A stretch of 64,000 nt of DNA from positions 1-64,000 of the IMG/VR virus record IMGVR_UViG_3300034105_002043; one strand, given 5' to 3'. This document shows, piece by piece, positions 9,345 through 17,975 of this stretch. The stretch is from a virus. How positions within the stretch are numbered: the first letter of the stretch is position 1; each line of letters starts with the position of its first letter. Under the pieces are notes generated by a model. That model was not told the origin of the DNA and ran no database searches. It worked only from the letters and a program-made list of their open reading frames with translations. The position numbers and the translations under genes are program-made.

Positions 9345-9524
9345 TTATAAACAAGGCGGTTGAATACACCCTATATTACCCATCGTACCCCCTGAAAACA
9401 TCGGAGGAACTTCTTTAAACTTATCTTTATTCTTTTTAACGTAGTTATCGTACATAATATAAGAAGTGTAAATAATACCCGTAGTTACTACTAATAACGC
9501 TCCTACCTTTATAACTTTTTGCAT
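9345..9524 (-). CDS. 59-aa single-TM protein ending in CIQPPCL (not in ORF track)
   Basis: MQKVIKVGALLVVTTGIIYTSYIMY...GNIGCIQPPCL read manually. Confidence 0.75.
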   Translation of the reverse strand: MQKVIKVGALLVVTTGIIYTSYIMYDNYVKKNKDKFKEVPPMFSGGTMGNIGCIQPPCL

Positions 9525-9527
9525 ACA

Positions 9528-9935
9528 TTAAAGTTTTTTGATACCATATATCCAAACAACCGCTAATATAAGAATTGTTGGAACAATAAACATCATTTTT
9601 ACTCTTTTTTCTTCAGCATCAATTATTGCTTGTTTTTTTGCTTTGTTTTCTTCAGGGTCGCCTTGAATTATGTCTGTAATTGGAGTTGAATCATCAACTT
9701 TTTCTAAAACACTTAAAGGGACTTCAAAGGGTGTCATTTTAGCCAACCCAACTACTTTAGTTGGGTCGGTATTAATTGTGTTTACAAATGTTTCAAAAAC
9801 ATTCCCTCTTTTAAACACTAAATCCTCGTAAGATTTACAAGGTGTTTTATTAGTGTAAGACTCTATTTGATTAGTACATAACTTTGCAACAAAGTCTTCC
9901 TTAAATTTATATTTAGGGTGCGGATTTGAAACCAT
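9528..9935 (-). CDS. C-anchored protein with SH3-like beta module
   Basis: KYKFKEDF...FKRGNVF...FEVPLSVLEKVDD; C-terminal TM. Confidence 0.7.
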   Translation of the reverse strand: MVSNPHPKYKFKEDFVAKLCTNQIESYTNKTPCKSYEDLVFKRGNVFETFVNTINTDPTKVVGLAKMTPFEVPLSVLEKVDDSTPITDIIQGDPEENKAKKQAIIDAEEKRVKMMFIVPTILILAVVWIYGIKKL

Positions 9936-9941
9936 TTTTAC

Positions 9942-10079
9942 CTATGCAGTTTGGCTTTTTTTCCAAGCACGACCTACAAGATAAACTAATCCAAAAACCA
10001 TAACTGCTGATAATCCAATGTAGATTAAATTTCCTGTGGTACTTGACTTTTTATTGTCATCATAAAAATTATCGTCCAT
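9942..10079 (-). CDS. 45-aa single-TM protein (paralogue of 11067..11177)
   Basis: MDDNFYDDNKKSSTTGNLIYIGLSAVMVFGLVYLVGRAWKKSQTA. Confidence 0.75.
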   Translation of the reverse strand: MDDNFYDDNKKSSTTGNLIYIGLSAVMVFGLVYLVGRAWKKSQTA

Positions 10080-10113
10080 TTTTTTTAATTTTAAATGTTA
10101 GTATTTTTTTTTA

Positions 10114-10239
10114 TTATCTGTAATAAGAACCGCTCATTCCGTAAAAACCTTGAGAATTCTTTTTTGGCTTATTGTAATAAGCAATAATTGCTAATACACC
10201 TACAATTGCTAAACCTCCGATGATATACTTCTTTTCCAT
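10114..10239 (-). CDS. 41-aa TM peptide, NSxGF family
   Basis: MEKKYIIGGLAIVGVLAIIAYYNKPKKNSQGFYGMSGSYYR. Confidence 0.8.
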   Translation of the reverse strand: MEKKYIIGGLAIVGVLAIIAYYNKPKKNSQGFYGMSGSYYR

Positions 10240-10273
10240 TTTTTTTAATTTTAAATGTTAATATTTTTTTTTA

Positions 10274-10399
10274 TTATTTATAATAAGAACCGCTCATTCC
10301 GTAAAAACCTTGAGAATTCTTTTTTGGCTTATTGTAATAAGCAATAATTGCTAATACACCTACTATTGCTAAACCTCCTATGATATACTTCTTTTCCAT
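10274..10399 (-). CDS. 41-aa TM peptide, NSxGF family
   Basis: MEKKYIIGGLAIVGVLAIIAYYNKPKKNSQGFYGMSGSYYK. Confidence 0.8.
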   Translation of the reverse strand: MEKKYIIGGLAIVGVLAIIAYYNKPKKNSQGFYGMSGSYYK

Positions 10400-10417
10400 T
10401 TTAGTTTTTTTTAACTA

Positions 10418-10666
10418 TTAAACGTAACCAACTTCTTTATCACTACCATAAGTACAACTATCATAACCTGACGGTTGTAAATAATAACTTCCGTTAGGTC
10501 TTCTGCATTGTAATTGTTTTGCTGAACTTGAAATTCCTTTTGTTCTTCTTCCACTTGCGCCAAAGAATCCCTCTGAATTCTTTTTAGGCGTTGTTGGCTT
10601 TAAATAAGCAAATAATGCTATTGCACCTACTATGGCTAAACCTCCGATGATATACTTTTTTTCCAT
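10418..10666 (-). CDS. TM protein, NSxGF family, 2-Cys tail
   Basis: YIIGGLAIVG...PKKNSEGFFGASG plus variable tail. Confidence 0.8.
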   Translation of the reverse strand: MEKKYIIGGLAIVGAIALFAYLKPTTPKKNSEGFFGASGRRTKGISSSAKQLQCRRPNGSYYLQPSGYDSCTYGSDKEVGYV

Positions 10667-10675
10667 TTTTTTAAA

Positions 10676-11047
10676 TTATTTATAGATAGTTTGTTTTGGC
10701 GGAGTTTTTTCACAAAAATTGTTTTTAGTAAAAGCAGATATAAATTCTTGCTCTGTTATACTAAATAACTCGCTAATTTGGTTAGATGGATTGTAAAGTT
10801 TTTTAAAATACATAAAGCCTCCTTTTGGAGATTGCATTTTATCATACTGAACACAAACTTTACAGAAAGGGTCTTTTCTTGAAAAAGAATTAGGCACAAA
10901 TAAACTTGTTTTAGGAGAATTAACCCCACTCATATTAAAGAATCCCTCTGAATTTCTTTTTGGTTTTCTAAAATACGAAATTAGTGCGATTACTCCAACA
11001 ACGGCTAATCCACCAATAATAAACTTTTTATCTTTTAAAATTTCCAT
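10676..11047 (-). CDS. TM protein, NSxGF family, Cys-containing tail
   Basis: FIIGGLAVVG...PKRNSEGFFNMSG plus variable tail. Confidence 0.8.
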   Translation of the reverse strand: MEILKDKKFIIGGLAVVGVIALISYFRKPKRNSEGFFNMSGVNSPKTSLFVPNSFSRKDPFCKVCVQYDKMQSPKGGFMYFKKLYNPSNQISELFSITEQEFISAFTKNNFCEKTPPKQTIYK

Positions 11048-11066
11048 TATATTAATTTTTAATTAA

Positions 11067-11177
11067 TTATTTTTGACTTGCTTTCCAAGATTTTCCAATA
11101 ATGTAAGTGTAGCCGTAAACAACTCCAAGAGAAACTACTAATCCGACTACTGCTAATAAAATATTTGGTTTTTTCAT
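11067..11177 (-). CDS. 36-aa single-TM peptide (not in ORF track)
   Basis: MKKPNILLAVVGLVVSLGVVYGYTYIIGKSWKASQK; G.[AS]WK.SQ shared with 9942..10079. Confidence 0.75.
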   Translation of the reverse strand: MKKPNILLAVVGLVVSLGVVYGYTYIIGKSWKASQK

Positions 11178-11197
11178 TTTGTTTTATTTTTAAATTT

Positions 11198-12082
11198 TTA
11201 TCTTGCTGATTGTATTAACGATGACGTTGCAAAAATTGGTGTTTTTGCCATTTCAATTCCTTGACCGTAAAAAACATTGTTTGGCATCATAGGTTTTTTT
11301 CTCGGACTTAATAATTCTTCAATATTAATGTCTTTTAAGTATAATTGTTCCTCTATTGTAAAAGGATTTTTTTCGTATTCAGTTTGGAAATAAGCGAAAT
11401 TATCATTTACTGCCATAAAATATTTAGGCAATAAAACAACTAATCTATTAACATCAGATTTTGGTATTGTAGTAAACACCTCTTTTAAAATGTCGTAAAT
11501 TCTTGAAAAATCTTGCGTTTTTACATATTTTAGATAATCTCCTAAAGTCGCAGGGTCATTTGGATTGCTCATTCTTGCCATTTCTAAAGCACTCATTAAA
11601 ATTGCTTCTCTGCCTTGTGAGTTTTTAAAAGAATTTACAAAATAATTACTTGAATTACTTCTTACGTCTTCTTCCGTTGTCGTATAATAAATGGCATCTT
11701 GAAAAGTAAATTTAGGCAGGTTTTTTAATTTAGCGTCTGCTAAAGCCTTATCGTAACCAATTTTAGCCTGTTTATCATTTTCAGCCCACATTCTTCTATT
11801 TATCACATTTTTGTTTTCCTGTGATAACATTTCTTTTGGAATAGCATCTAAAAGACTTATCCATTTAGTTACAACTTCCAACGCTTTTTTAGTTGCTTCG
11901 GCAGGTGTGTAAAAACCTGTTAAATCTTCAGTAGAAGCGGTAGTTTGAACAGGTGGAGATTGTGGTTCTGTGTTTTGTAACACTAATATTTGAGCATTTT
12001 CTTTATCTTTTTTATTTTTATTTAAAAGATAAAAACCTCCTAAAACTACTCCTCCAACTATTAATAATTTTGCTGAATCCAT
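11198..12082 (-). CDS. N-anchored helical membrane protein
   Basis: ORF track; N-terminal TM. Confidence 0.75.
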   Translation of the reverse strand: MDSAKLLIVGGVVLGGFYLLNKNKKDKENAQILVLQNTEPQSPPVQTTASTEDLTGFYTPAEATKKALEVVTKWISLLDAIPKEMLSQENKNVINRRMWAENDKQAKIGYDKALADAKLKNLPKFTFQDAIYYTTTEEDVRSNSSNYFVNSFKNSQGREAILMSALEMARMSNPNDPATLGDYLKYVKTQDFSRIYDILKEVFTTIPKSDVNRLVVLLPKYFMAVNDNFAYFQTEYEKNPFTIEEQLYLKDINIEELLSPRKKPMMPNNVFYGQGIEMAKTPIFATSSLIQSAR

Positions 12083-12088
12083 AATTAA

Positions 12089-12304
12089 TTATTTTTTATT
12101 AACTATGATACTTGTCGCCACACCGCCAATAATAGCACCTATAAGACCTGTAACATAAACGTTTTTATTTTTCCAATAACCTAACATTAAACCCAAAACA
12201 AGTCCTGTAACCGCACCATTAACTGACGCTTTTGTAGTTATTAAAAGAACTTCTCTTTTATCTTTACTTGCTATGTCTTTTGCTTGTGCTAAAAAATCTT
12301 GCAT
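12089..12304 (-). CDS. Two-TM glycine-zipper protein
   Basis: GAVTGLVLGLMLG and GLIGAIIGG. Confidence 0.75.
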   Translation of the reverse strand: MQDFLAQAKDIASKDKREVLLITTKASVNGAVTGLVLGLMLGYWKNKNVYVTGLIGAIIGGVATSIIVNKK

Positions 12305-12321
12305 AATGATAATTTTTAAAT

Positions 12322-12624
12322 TTAATTTCTTCTTGTAACTGCAAAAATTACTACTCCGAGTAATACAACTCCGCCGACACCTAAACCTATGTATAGGGCG
12401 GTATTGCTTTTTTCTTTTTCAGGAGTACCTTTACTCGCTTGTTTACTTAATAGAATGTTTTTCTCATTCTGTTTTGCAATTTCTAAATCTCGCAATTGTG
12501 CTTCTCGTGTAGCATTTGCTTGACCCTCTGCGTTTTTTACATTTTGATTATTTACAATCATTCCCGTTCCAAAAGTAATTACCGCAGGTAAAACACCTTT
12601 TATTACATCTCCCCAAGTTGCCAT
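12322..12624 (-). CDS. Membrane protein with coiled coil and C-terminal TM
   Basis: ORF track. Confidence 0.75.
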   Translation of the reverse strand: MATWGDVIKGVLPAVITFGTGMIVNNQNVKNAEGQANATREAQLRDLEIAKQNEKNILLSKQASKGTPEKEKSNTALYIGLGVGGVVLLGVVIFAVTRRN

Positions 12625-12634
12625 ATATTTTTTT

Positions 12635-12862
12635 TTAAAAAGTTAATGTAGTCACTATTTGCTCTAACCAAGAAGTATATTCTTGAGTGAAAGTTGGGTT
12701 TTGATTTAAACCAATAAATACACCTTGTACCAATTGGTTTAGTGTGTAATCAGGTGCAGGTGCAAGTACGTTATTACGAACAAGCATTTCCGCTACATCG
12801 TTTGGGTACATTCCAACGGAACTACCAATCATATTTGATAACATTTGTTCATCTATAACCAT
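12635..12862 (-). CDS. Small helical protein, putative virion component
   Basis: YPNDVAEMLVRNNV resembles N-terminal helices of 12875 and 13534. Confidence 0.6.
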   Translation of the reverse strand: MVIDEQMLSNMIGSSVGMYPNDVAEMLVRNNVLAPAPDYTLNQLVQGVFIGLNQNPTFTQEYTSWLEQIVTTLTF

Positions 12863-12874
12863 AACTGTCTTTTT

Positions 12875-13531
12875 TTATTCTTTTGGTCTTGCTACAAAAT
12901 AAATAATAGTACCTAATACTGCAACGCCTACTAAACTTAATACAACGATTGTAGTTGTACTCAACCCGTCTTTGGTTTTATCTTTTTCTATCTTTTCTTT
13001 TTCTTCAACCAATTCATCTTCGGTTAAAACAGGTAATCCTGCTTTTGCACGAGCATCAGCAATTGCTCTATTAGTTTGGTTTGTGTCGTAACTACCAAAA
13101 GCCTCTAATCCTTTACTAATTAAATCTCCTAATTTTAGGTCGCTAAAAAATCCACCTTTTTTTGGAGGTGTAGTTGTTGTTTCAGTATCATCATCTGTAC
13201 TCGTAACTCTAAAGTATTGAGCATTACCCTCTCTTTGACCTGCGAAATTACTTCCACTTGCTCTAAAATATTGAGCAGTTTGGGTTAATCCACCTGCAAG
13301 AGTTTGAGTTACTTTAGGATTTTGTATAAAGTTGTTTAAATCTTTAAAGAAAGATTTAGAAACTTTTAATAAGTTAGCCATTAAAGAGGCAATTTGTTGA
13401 GATGAAGCGTTGTTTGGAACAGTAACTCCATTTTTCAACAATAATGCAATCATTTGGCTTCTATAATTATTAACAAGCAATACTAAAGTCATTGCTCCTG
13501 TTTCAATCGTTGGTTGAATATTTTTTGCCAT
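12875..13531 (-). CDS. C-anchored virion membrane protein
   Basis: Duplicated AQYFR(ASG/VTS) motif; C-terminal TM; downstream of MCP candidate. Confidence 0.7.
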   Translation of the reverse strand: MAKNIQPTIETGAMTLVLLVNNYRSQMIALLLKNGVTVPNNASSQQIASLMANLLKVSKSFFKDLNNFIQNPKVTQTLAGGLTQTAQYFRASGSNFAGQREGNAQYFRVTSTDDDTETTTTPPKKGGFFSDLKLGDLISKGLEAFGSYDTNQTNRAIADARAKAGLPVLTEDELVEEKEKIEKDKTKDGLSTTTIVVLSLVGVAVLGTIIYFVARPKE

Positions 13532-13533
13532 TT

Positions 13534-13965
13534 TTATTTATTTTTTAAAATTAATGCAGTTGCTATAAACAAAGCGGAAACTACTAAAATAACATTCGTT
13601 TGGTTTGCCAATAAATGTGTATTCGTTGTAGAAGTGCTTGACTTTTCATCTGCAAATTTACCTGCTCCTGTAACATTTAGGTATTGTAAGTTATCCTCAA
13701 TACGTCTTCTATTTTTACAACTGTCGCAACCGCAACTTTTCTCTTCTTTGTCATCGGTTTTTTCAGTTGCGTATAATTCTAAAATAACATCTTTGTCGGG
13801 GTGGTTGTCCATAACTTTCTTAAAAGCAGGTTCTCCCACTTCGGCTACTAACTCACTCAAACTTTTACCTAAATCAGAGGTGTTTCGTACATCGTAACCA
13901 AAAGAATTGATTATTTGCACCGCACCATTCGGATTAGAATCTGCAACATATTTGAATACGTTCAT
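13534..13965 (-). CDS. C-anchored virion membrane protein with CxCxxC
   Basis: HPDKD...SCGCDSC, QYLNVTG motif, C-terminal TM; adjacent to MCP candidate. Confidence 0.7.
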   Translation of the reverse strand: MNVFKYVADSNPNGAVQIINSFGYDVRNTSDLGKSLSELVAEVGEPAFKKVMDNHPDKDVILELYATEKTDDKEEKSCGCDSCKNRRRIEDNLQYLNVTGAGKFADEKSSTSTTNTHLLANQTNVILVVSALFIATALILKNK

Positions 13966-13983
13966 ATTTTTTTGTTTTTAAGC

Positions 13984-14016
13984 AAAAAAGAGCAAGTAGA
14001 AATGAATCACTTGCTC
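13984..14016 (-). terminator. Rho-independent terminator after MCP candidate
   Basis: GAGCAAGT-loop-ACTTGCTC followed by T6 on minus strand. Confidence 0.8.
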
Positions 14017-14059
14017 TCTTTCTAAATTATACATTAATTCGTTATATCATTTCTGATAA

Positions 14060-14761
14060 TTACGCTCTTAACTTGATGGTTTGACCATTAGTTACAGGAG
14101 GCGTACCGAATTGTCTGCTTACAGGTTGTCCACCTAATGCTCTCGCAAGGTTGATGTTATCAGCAGGGTAGAAGTATAACGATACAGTAGCATTTGCTAA
14201 CACTTGAGCAATCGTGATTTTTGTGAAACCATCAATTCTGTAAGCATACTTCATCGCAATAATCGTAGTTTGTTGCTGATATGGGTCAATTGTAGGCACT
14301 AATGTTTTTTGTGCCAAGTTACCATTCGCATCTCTTGTGTTAACCGCCAATGTTTGTAACACTTGGTTAGCAGTAGCCGATTGAATGTAAGTTAAACCAA
14401 CAGAATATGGGTTGTTCATAAATTGATACAACATCTCTTGGTAGTTAATGTTAGGGATTCCTGAACTAATAGTTATAGAACCGATAACCAAATTTCCGTT
14501 TGTTTGGAAACCTGCGTTGTTGATGTATTGGTATGAACCTAATACGTCAAAATTAGAAACTGCTGACCCTGAAGTAGAAGTCACGTTAATAATATAAGGT
14601 TGAGATGTTTGAATATCTCCACCCATTGACATTCCACCATCTGCACGGAAGAAATCATCTCCTGTGAAAGAAAGGTCTTGGTCGATGAATCCATCTGCAT
14701 TTGAGAAAGACTCCATTGCACTTTGACGTGCATTACTTAAATATCTTCTTACGTTTGACAT
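14060..14761 (-). CDS. Major capsid protein candidate (single jelly-roll-like, with putative N-terminal propeptide)
   Basis: Soluble, beta-strand-rich, N/T/Q/S-rich, low Lys unlike neighbours; own promoter and terminator; near packaging ATPase. Fold is inferred. Confidence 0.6.
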   Translation of the reverse strand: MSNVRRYLSNARQSAMESFSNADGFIDQDLSFTGDDFFRADGGMSMGGDIQTSQPYIINVTSTSGSAVSNFDVLGSYQYINNAGFQTNGNLVIGSITISSGIPNINYQEMLYQFMNNPYSVGLTYIQSATANQVLQTLAVNTRDANGNLAQKTLVPTIDPYQQQTTIIAMKYAYRIDGFTKITIAQVLANATVSLYFYPADNINLARALGGQPVSRQFGTPPVTNGQTIKLRA

Positions 14762-14814
14762 TTTGATTAATTTTATAATTTAATAATTTTTTTAAAACTC
14801 GGTTTGACACCAAA

Positions 14815-14940
14815 TTATGCTTTTGTAGCAGGAGCGTCAACTTTTTTCGCTAACAATGTTGTTTGAACATAGTTCGCAATCAACACACCAACAACAACTA
14901 CGGCAACACTTTTTAATAAAGGAACAATTTCGTTTTTCAT
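14815..14940 (-). CDS. 41-aa single-TM protein co-transcribed with MCP candidate (not in ORF track)
   Basis: MKNEIVPLLKSVAVVVVGVLIANYVQTTLLAKKVDAPATKA. Confidence 0.8.
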   Translation of the reverse strand: MKNEIVPLLKSVAVVVVGVLIANYVQTTLLAKKVDAPATKA

Positions 14941-15005
14941 TACAGAATGACTTTTTTGATTAAACTTATTTTTAATGATAATTATTTACAGAAATAATAT
15001 CAAGT

Positions 15006-15013
15006 CAAAAGTA
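15006..15013 (-). promoter_or_regulatory. Bacteroidota-type -7 element (TACTTTTG) upstream of MCP operon
   Basis: TAnnTTTG in the intergenic gap after a terminator; no canonical -33. Confidence 0.55.
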
Positions 15014-15093
15014 TAATATAAATCAACATTAAATATATATTAATGCCTACTTTATCTTTAACAAATTATTTTCAAACTATTTTAAATTAATTT

Positions 15094-15122
15094 AAAAAGA
15101 AAAACGCACCGTGTTGGTGCGC
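15094..15122 (-). terminator. Rho-independent terminator after lysis cassette
   Basis: CGCACC-AACAC-GGTGCG followed by TTTTTCTTTTT. Confidence 0.8.
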
Positions 15123-15130
15123 TTTGATTC

Positions 15131-15562
15131 TTATTTTATAATAAAGTAAGTTGTTGATAATATCCCTAAAAGAGAGAGGGCTTTATATAGAAACGTTGTA
15201 GTCTTTTGTTTGGAAAGTTCTTTTTTATATGTATTAGATATTTCCTCTTGCTTGGTAAACATTTCGTCTTTTTTTGAAATAATCAAATTAAGTTTTTCTT
15301 TTTGTTGTCCCAAAACATTTATTATACTGTCTTTTAGAACTACCTCTTTTTTGGTTAATTCAAAATTACTTCTAACCAACTTAATTTCTGCTCTACAAAA
15401 ATCTCCGCTAACAAGGTCATTTGCTATTTTCCTTGCTACAAGAGTATCTATGCGAACCAAATTAGAAACTTTACTATTGCTTTTTGGAGTACCTGTCTGC
15501 GAAATAGCGTTCCCACATATTAGCATCGTAAGAATTAAACTTATCAATTTCAATTTTTTCAT
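15131..15562 (-). CDS. Spanin-like lysis protein (signal peptide, coiled coil, C-terminal TM)
   Basis: Overlaps 15474..15845, downstream of endolysin. Confidence 0.5.
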   Translation of the reverse strand: MKKLKLISLILTMLICGNAISQTGTPKSNSKVSNLVRIDTLVARKIANDLVSGDFCRAEIKLVRSNFELTKKEVVLKDSIINVLGQQKEKLNLIISKKDEMFTKQEEISNTYKKELSKQKTTTFLYKALSLLGILSTTYFIIK

Positions 15563-15845
15563 CTCTTTTTAAATTTTCAATTTTTGTATTATTAATGTTT
15601 ACTGCTTTATGCACATTTGTAATCTGCATATTAAAAGTATCTATTTTTTTATCTAAAGCCTTTTCAGATTTTTCAATTTCTTCAACATCGTCTTTTAGTT
15701 TAGATATTTCTTCCTTTATGTAGTTAACCTTTAATGCTTCTCTACCATTACCTACTACACTAAATAATTGAAAAACCAAAAGAAGCCCTGCTATAATTAA
15801 AAGCAAGTTAATCCTATTTGATAATATGTTTTTCAAGTCTTCCAT
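15474..15845 (-). CDS. Spanin-like lysis protein (N-terminal TM, coiled coil)
   Basis: Topology and position after endolysin. Confidence 0.5.
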   Translation of the reverse strand: MEDLKNILSNRINLLLIIAGLLLVFQLFSVVGNGREALKVNYIKEEISKLKDDVEEIEKSEKALDKKIDTFNMQITNVHKAVNINNTKIENLKRDEKIEIDKFNSYDANMWERYFADRYSKKQ

Positions 15846-16312
15846 TATGAATAAGGTTGATAAGCAGTTTTTCCACCACTTTTAATTGCTCTTAAAATTT
15901 GTTTACGTTGTTTTCCTGTTGATTCATAAGAAACGTGTACCCAATCAGGATTGTCTTTAGTTCCAAATTCCCAAATTAATTGGTCGAAGTTTAAATTTGC
16001 TTTGATATATTCAAAAACCATTTTGTTTGTAACCCCATTTCGTGTTCCGTCCATATCAATATCTATGGCTTCTCCTTGACAATGTTGACTTGTCAAACTA
16101 CCACCAATAGCGGTATTAAGTTCTTTGCTTCTATATCCCGAACTAATCATTATTGGTACGCCAAAATGTTTACGAATTGGCTCAAAAATATTTTCTGCCA
16201 ATTTTTTAAAATTTTCGATGTGTTCAGGAGTAGGCATATTACTTAATCCTTTTCTTTTTGCCATATCACTACGAGTAACTTCTGACAAGTCTAAATGCTC
16301 TGATAATTTCAT
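15845..16312 (-). CDS. Endolysin, peptidase M15A family
   Basis: SGYRS..LN.AIGGS..SQH..GEAIDID...WVHVSY Zn-binding motifs. Confidence 0.9.
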   Translation of the reverse strand: MKLSEHLDLSEVTRSDMAKRKGLSNMPTPEHIENFKKLAENIFEPIRKHFGVPIMISSGYRSKELNTAIGGSLTSQHCQGEAIDIDMDGTRNGVTNKMVFEYIKANLNFDQLIWEFGTKDNPDWVHVSYESTGKQRKQILRAIKSGGKTAYQPYS

Positions 16313-16316
16313 AATT

Positions 16317-16658
16317 TTATTTTTTAGTTGTTTTTTCTTCTTCTTTAACTTCTTCTTTAGTTTCTACTTGCTTTGTTCTATTAAATTGATACCCAAAGAT
16401 AATCAAAACAATATTCTTAATTAAGTTGAATAACTCATCGCTCATTAGCGGTGTAAGTAATGGTATTTTAAAAGCAATTACTTTATCTACCACAAACAAT
16501 CCCAATAAAGCAGATAGTAAAATTGCGGTAAACCTTGTAAGCCACTCTTGTTGATTTTTTGCACGAATTTGAGTATTTACATACCAAATAAAAGTCATTA
16601 TACAAGCAATTGCAAAGACAACTCCGACAACCATTATAATACCACCCTCACTAAACAT
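16317..16658 (-). CDS. Holin-like 3-TM protein
   Basis: Three hydrophobic segments, charged C-terminus, directly upstream of endolysin. Confidence 0.55.
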   Translation of the reverse strand: MFSEGGIIMVVGVVFAIACIMTFIWYVNTQIRAKNQQEWLTRFTAILLSALLGLFVVDKVIAFKIPLLTPLMSDELFNLIKNIVLIIFGYQFNRTKQVETKEEVKEEEKTTKK

Positions 16659-16927
16659 TATTCAGGCGTATTTTGTGTGTTGTTTGAATCTTTTTTACCA
16701 AAAACTTTTTCAAGTCCTGTAATACCTAATGCTCCAAATGATAAAAGTGCAACTGCGTCAACCAAAGGTACGCTTGGTGCGTTATCAATGTGAGTGAAAC
16801 TATTTGCAAAAAGAGTTGCAAACAATGTAAATGAACCTACGATTCCTACAAGTCTTTTAGAACTTGGCTCTGATTTTTCACAAAAAAACTTTGTAATAAA
16901 CCATCTTTCTTGTTTTTTACTTTCCAT
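16658..16927 (-). CDS. Holin-like 2-TM protein
   Basis: SSKRLVG...ALGITGLEK pattern common in Bacteroidota phage holins; lysis context. Confidence 0.6.
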   Translation of the reverse strand: MESKKQERWFITKFFCEKSEPSSKRLVGIVGSFTLFATLFANSFTHIDNAPSVPLVDAVALLSFGALGITGLEKVFGKKDSNNTQNTPE

Positions 16928-16990
16928 AACTTTAATTTTTAATGATTAATATTCAGTTAATTAAAGTTTCTTGGTTTGGAAATATTTTAT

Positions 16991-17023
16991 CAAAATTAAT
17001 AAAAATTGGGAGATTTATGCAAA
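16991..17023 (-). promoter_or_regulatory. Bacteroidota promoter for lysis cassette (TTTG-N21-TAATTTTG)
   Basis: Both -33 and -7 elements at canonical spacing. Confidence 0.6.
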
Positions 17024-17040
17024 ACCTCGCAATTTTTATT
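16998..17040. terminator. Imperfect inverted repeat (terminator or operator) after ATPase gene
   Basis: aataaaaattg.gag...ctc.caatttttatt. Confidence 0.5.
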
Positions 17041-17041
17041 T

Positions 17042-17857
17042 TTATCCAACATATTGTTTCATCAATTGTTTTGTTTTGAACTTTAAAGCCTCTTGCAAAG
17101 TCATTGGCTTTGTTGAAGTCAGAGGGTTTTTTAAAGTCAAAGGTTTTAATAACTTATTTTGATTGGCTATTAAATAATCTTCAACAATTTTTTCAAATCG
17201 TTTCTTATCTTTTAATAAAACTTTTTCGTCATCAATATCCACATAGGTAAAAACCCTTTTATCGCCATCTTCGTATTGTGTGTTAATATACGCTTCTACT
17301 AATAATAACAATTCTAATTTTTCCTCAAACTTATTCCTGTGCTTAATTACGTCATCGGTAATTTTATGAAATCTAATCCAATTTAGATTCTGCCAAATTT
17401 TTGGCGAAATCCTACCTATTGACTGAAAGTGAAGAATAATGTCTGTGTCCGTGTGTCTGTTAGTACAGATTGCGCCAACAAGGTCATTCGGTAAGTAGTC
17501 ACTAACGTAACGGTTAATGTCTTCGATAAGTAATAGTCCACCTCTATAATCGTTTAATATTTTAAATAATACTTCTTGTATCTCTCTTAAAGTCATTCTA
17601 ACACCGTTATCGTGAAACGGTCTTATTCGTCTTGCTTCAATTTTAGGGTGCGCCGAAAATCTAACAATATCCGATTGTTTTAATGCTTTAATATCTTCAA
17701 ATTCGTCATTTACATCAAGAATTAAAGCACGTCTTGCAGGAACTCCTTTAGCGGGATTCCCTAACACATATTGCTTTATCATCTTGGTAGTAGTAAAGGT
17801 CTTTCCGCAACCTTTTCGCCCTACCGCAACTCCTAATTTTGGTTCTCTAATTTCCAT
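17042..17857 (-). CDS. Genome packaging ATPase, A32/P9-like (FtsK-HerA superfamily)
   Basis: Walker A GRKGCGKT near N-terminus, Walker B LLLIEDIN, NRH Arg-finger motif then IILHFQ; 271 aa with no nuclease domain. Confidence 0.8.
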   Translation of the reverse strand: MEIREPKLGVAVGRKGCGKTFTTTKMIKQYVLGNPAKGVPARRALILDVNDEFEDIKALKQSDIVRFSAHPKIEARRIRPFHDNGVRMTLREIQEVLFKILNDYRGGLLLIEDINRYVSDYLPNDLVGAICTNRHTDTDIILHFQSIGRISPKIWQNLNWIRFHKITDDVIKHRNKFEEKLELLLLVEAYINTQYEDGDKRVFTYVDIDDEKVLLKDKKRFEKIVEDYLIANQNKLLKPLTLKNPLTSTKPMTLQEALKFKTKQLMKQYVG

Positions 17858-17858
17858 A

Positions 17859-17975
17859 TTATCTGTCCTTGTATAGTTTGTAAATAAAAAACATCAGCCA
17901 CATAACAAGTAACAACATAACAACCCAAAGAGGATTGTTATTATTGTTCTCATTACCTGTTACGTTACTTGCCAT
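17859..17975 (-). CDS. 38-aa single-TM peptide immediately upstream of ATPase (not in ORF track)
   Basis: MASNVTGNENNNNNPLWVVMLLLVMWLMFFIYKLYKDR; TAATG coupling to upstream gene. Confidence 0.7.
   Translation of the reverse strand: MASNVTGNENNNNNPLWVVMLLLVMWLMFFIYKLYKDR

Larger units (their letters stand above)
10080..10399. repeat. Tandem duplication of a 160-bp gene plus intergenic unit
   Basis: 10080-10239 and 10240-10399 differ at only a few positions. Confidence 0.9.

Noticed and set aside
10114-11047. NSxGF family as RiPP or bacteriocin precursors
   Set aside because: Leader is a TM anchor, no modifying enzymes or peptidase-ABC exporter are present, and the motif is shared with the MCP candidate
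17042-17857. ATPase as a terminase large subunit or conjugative coupling protein
   Set aside because: Too short, no nuclease domain or TM, motif order fits A32/P9-type; no portal or T4SS genes nearby
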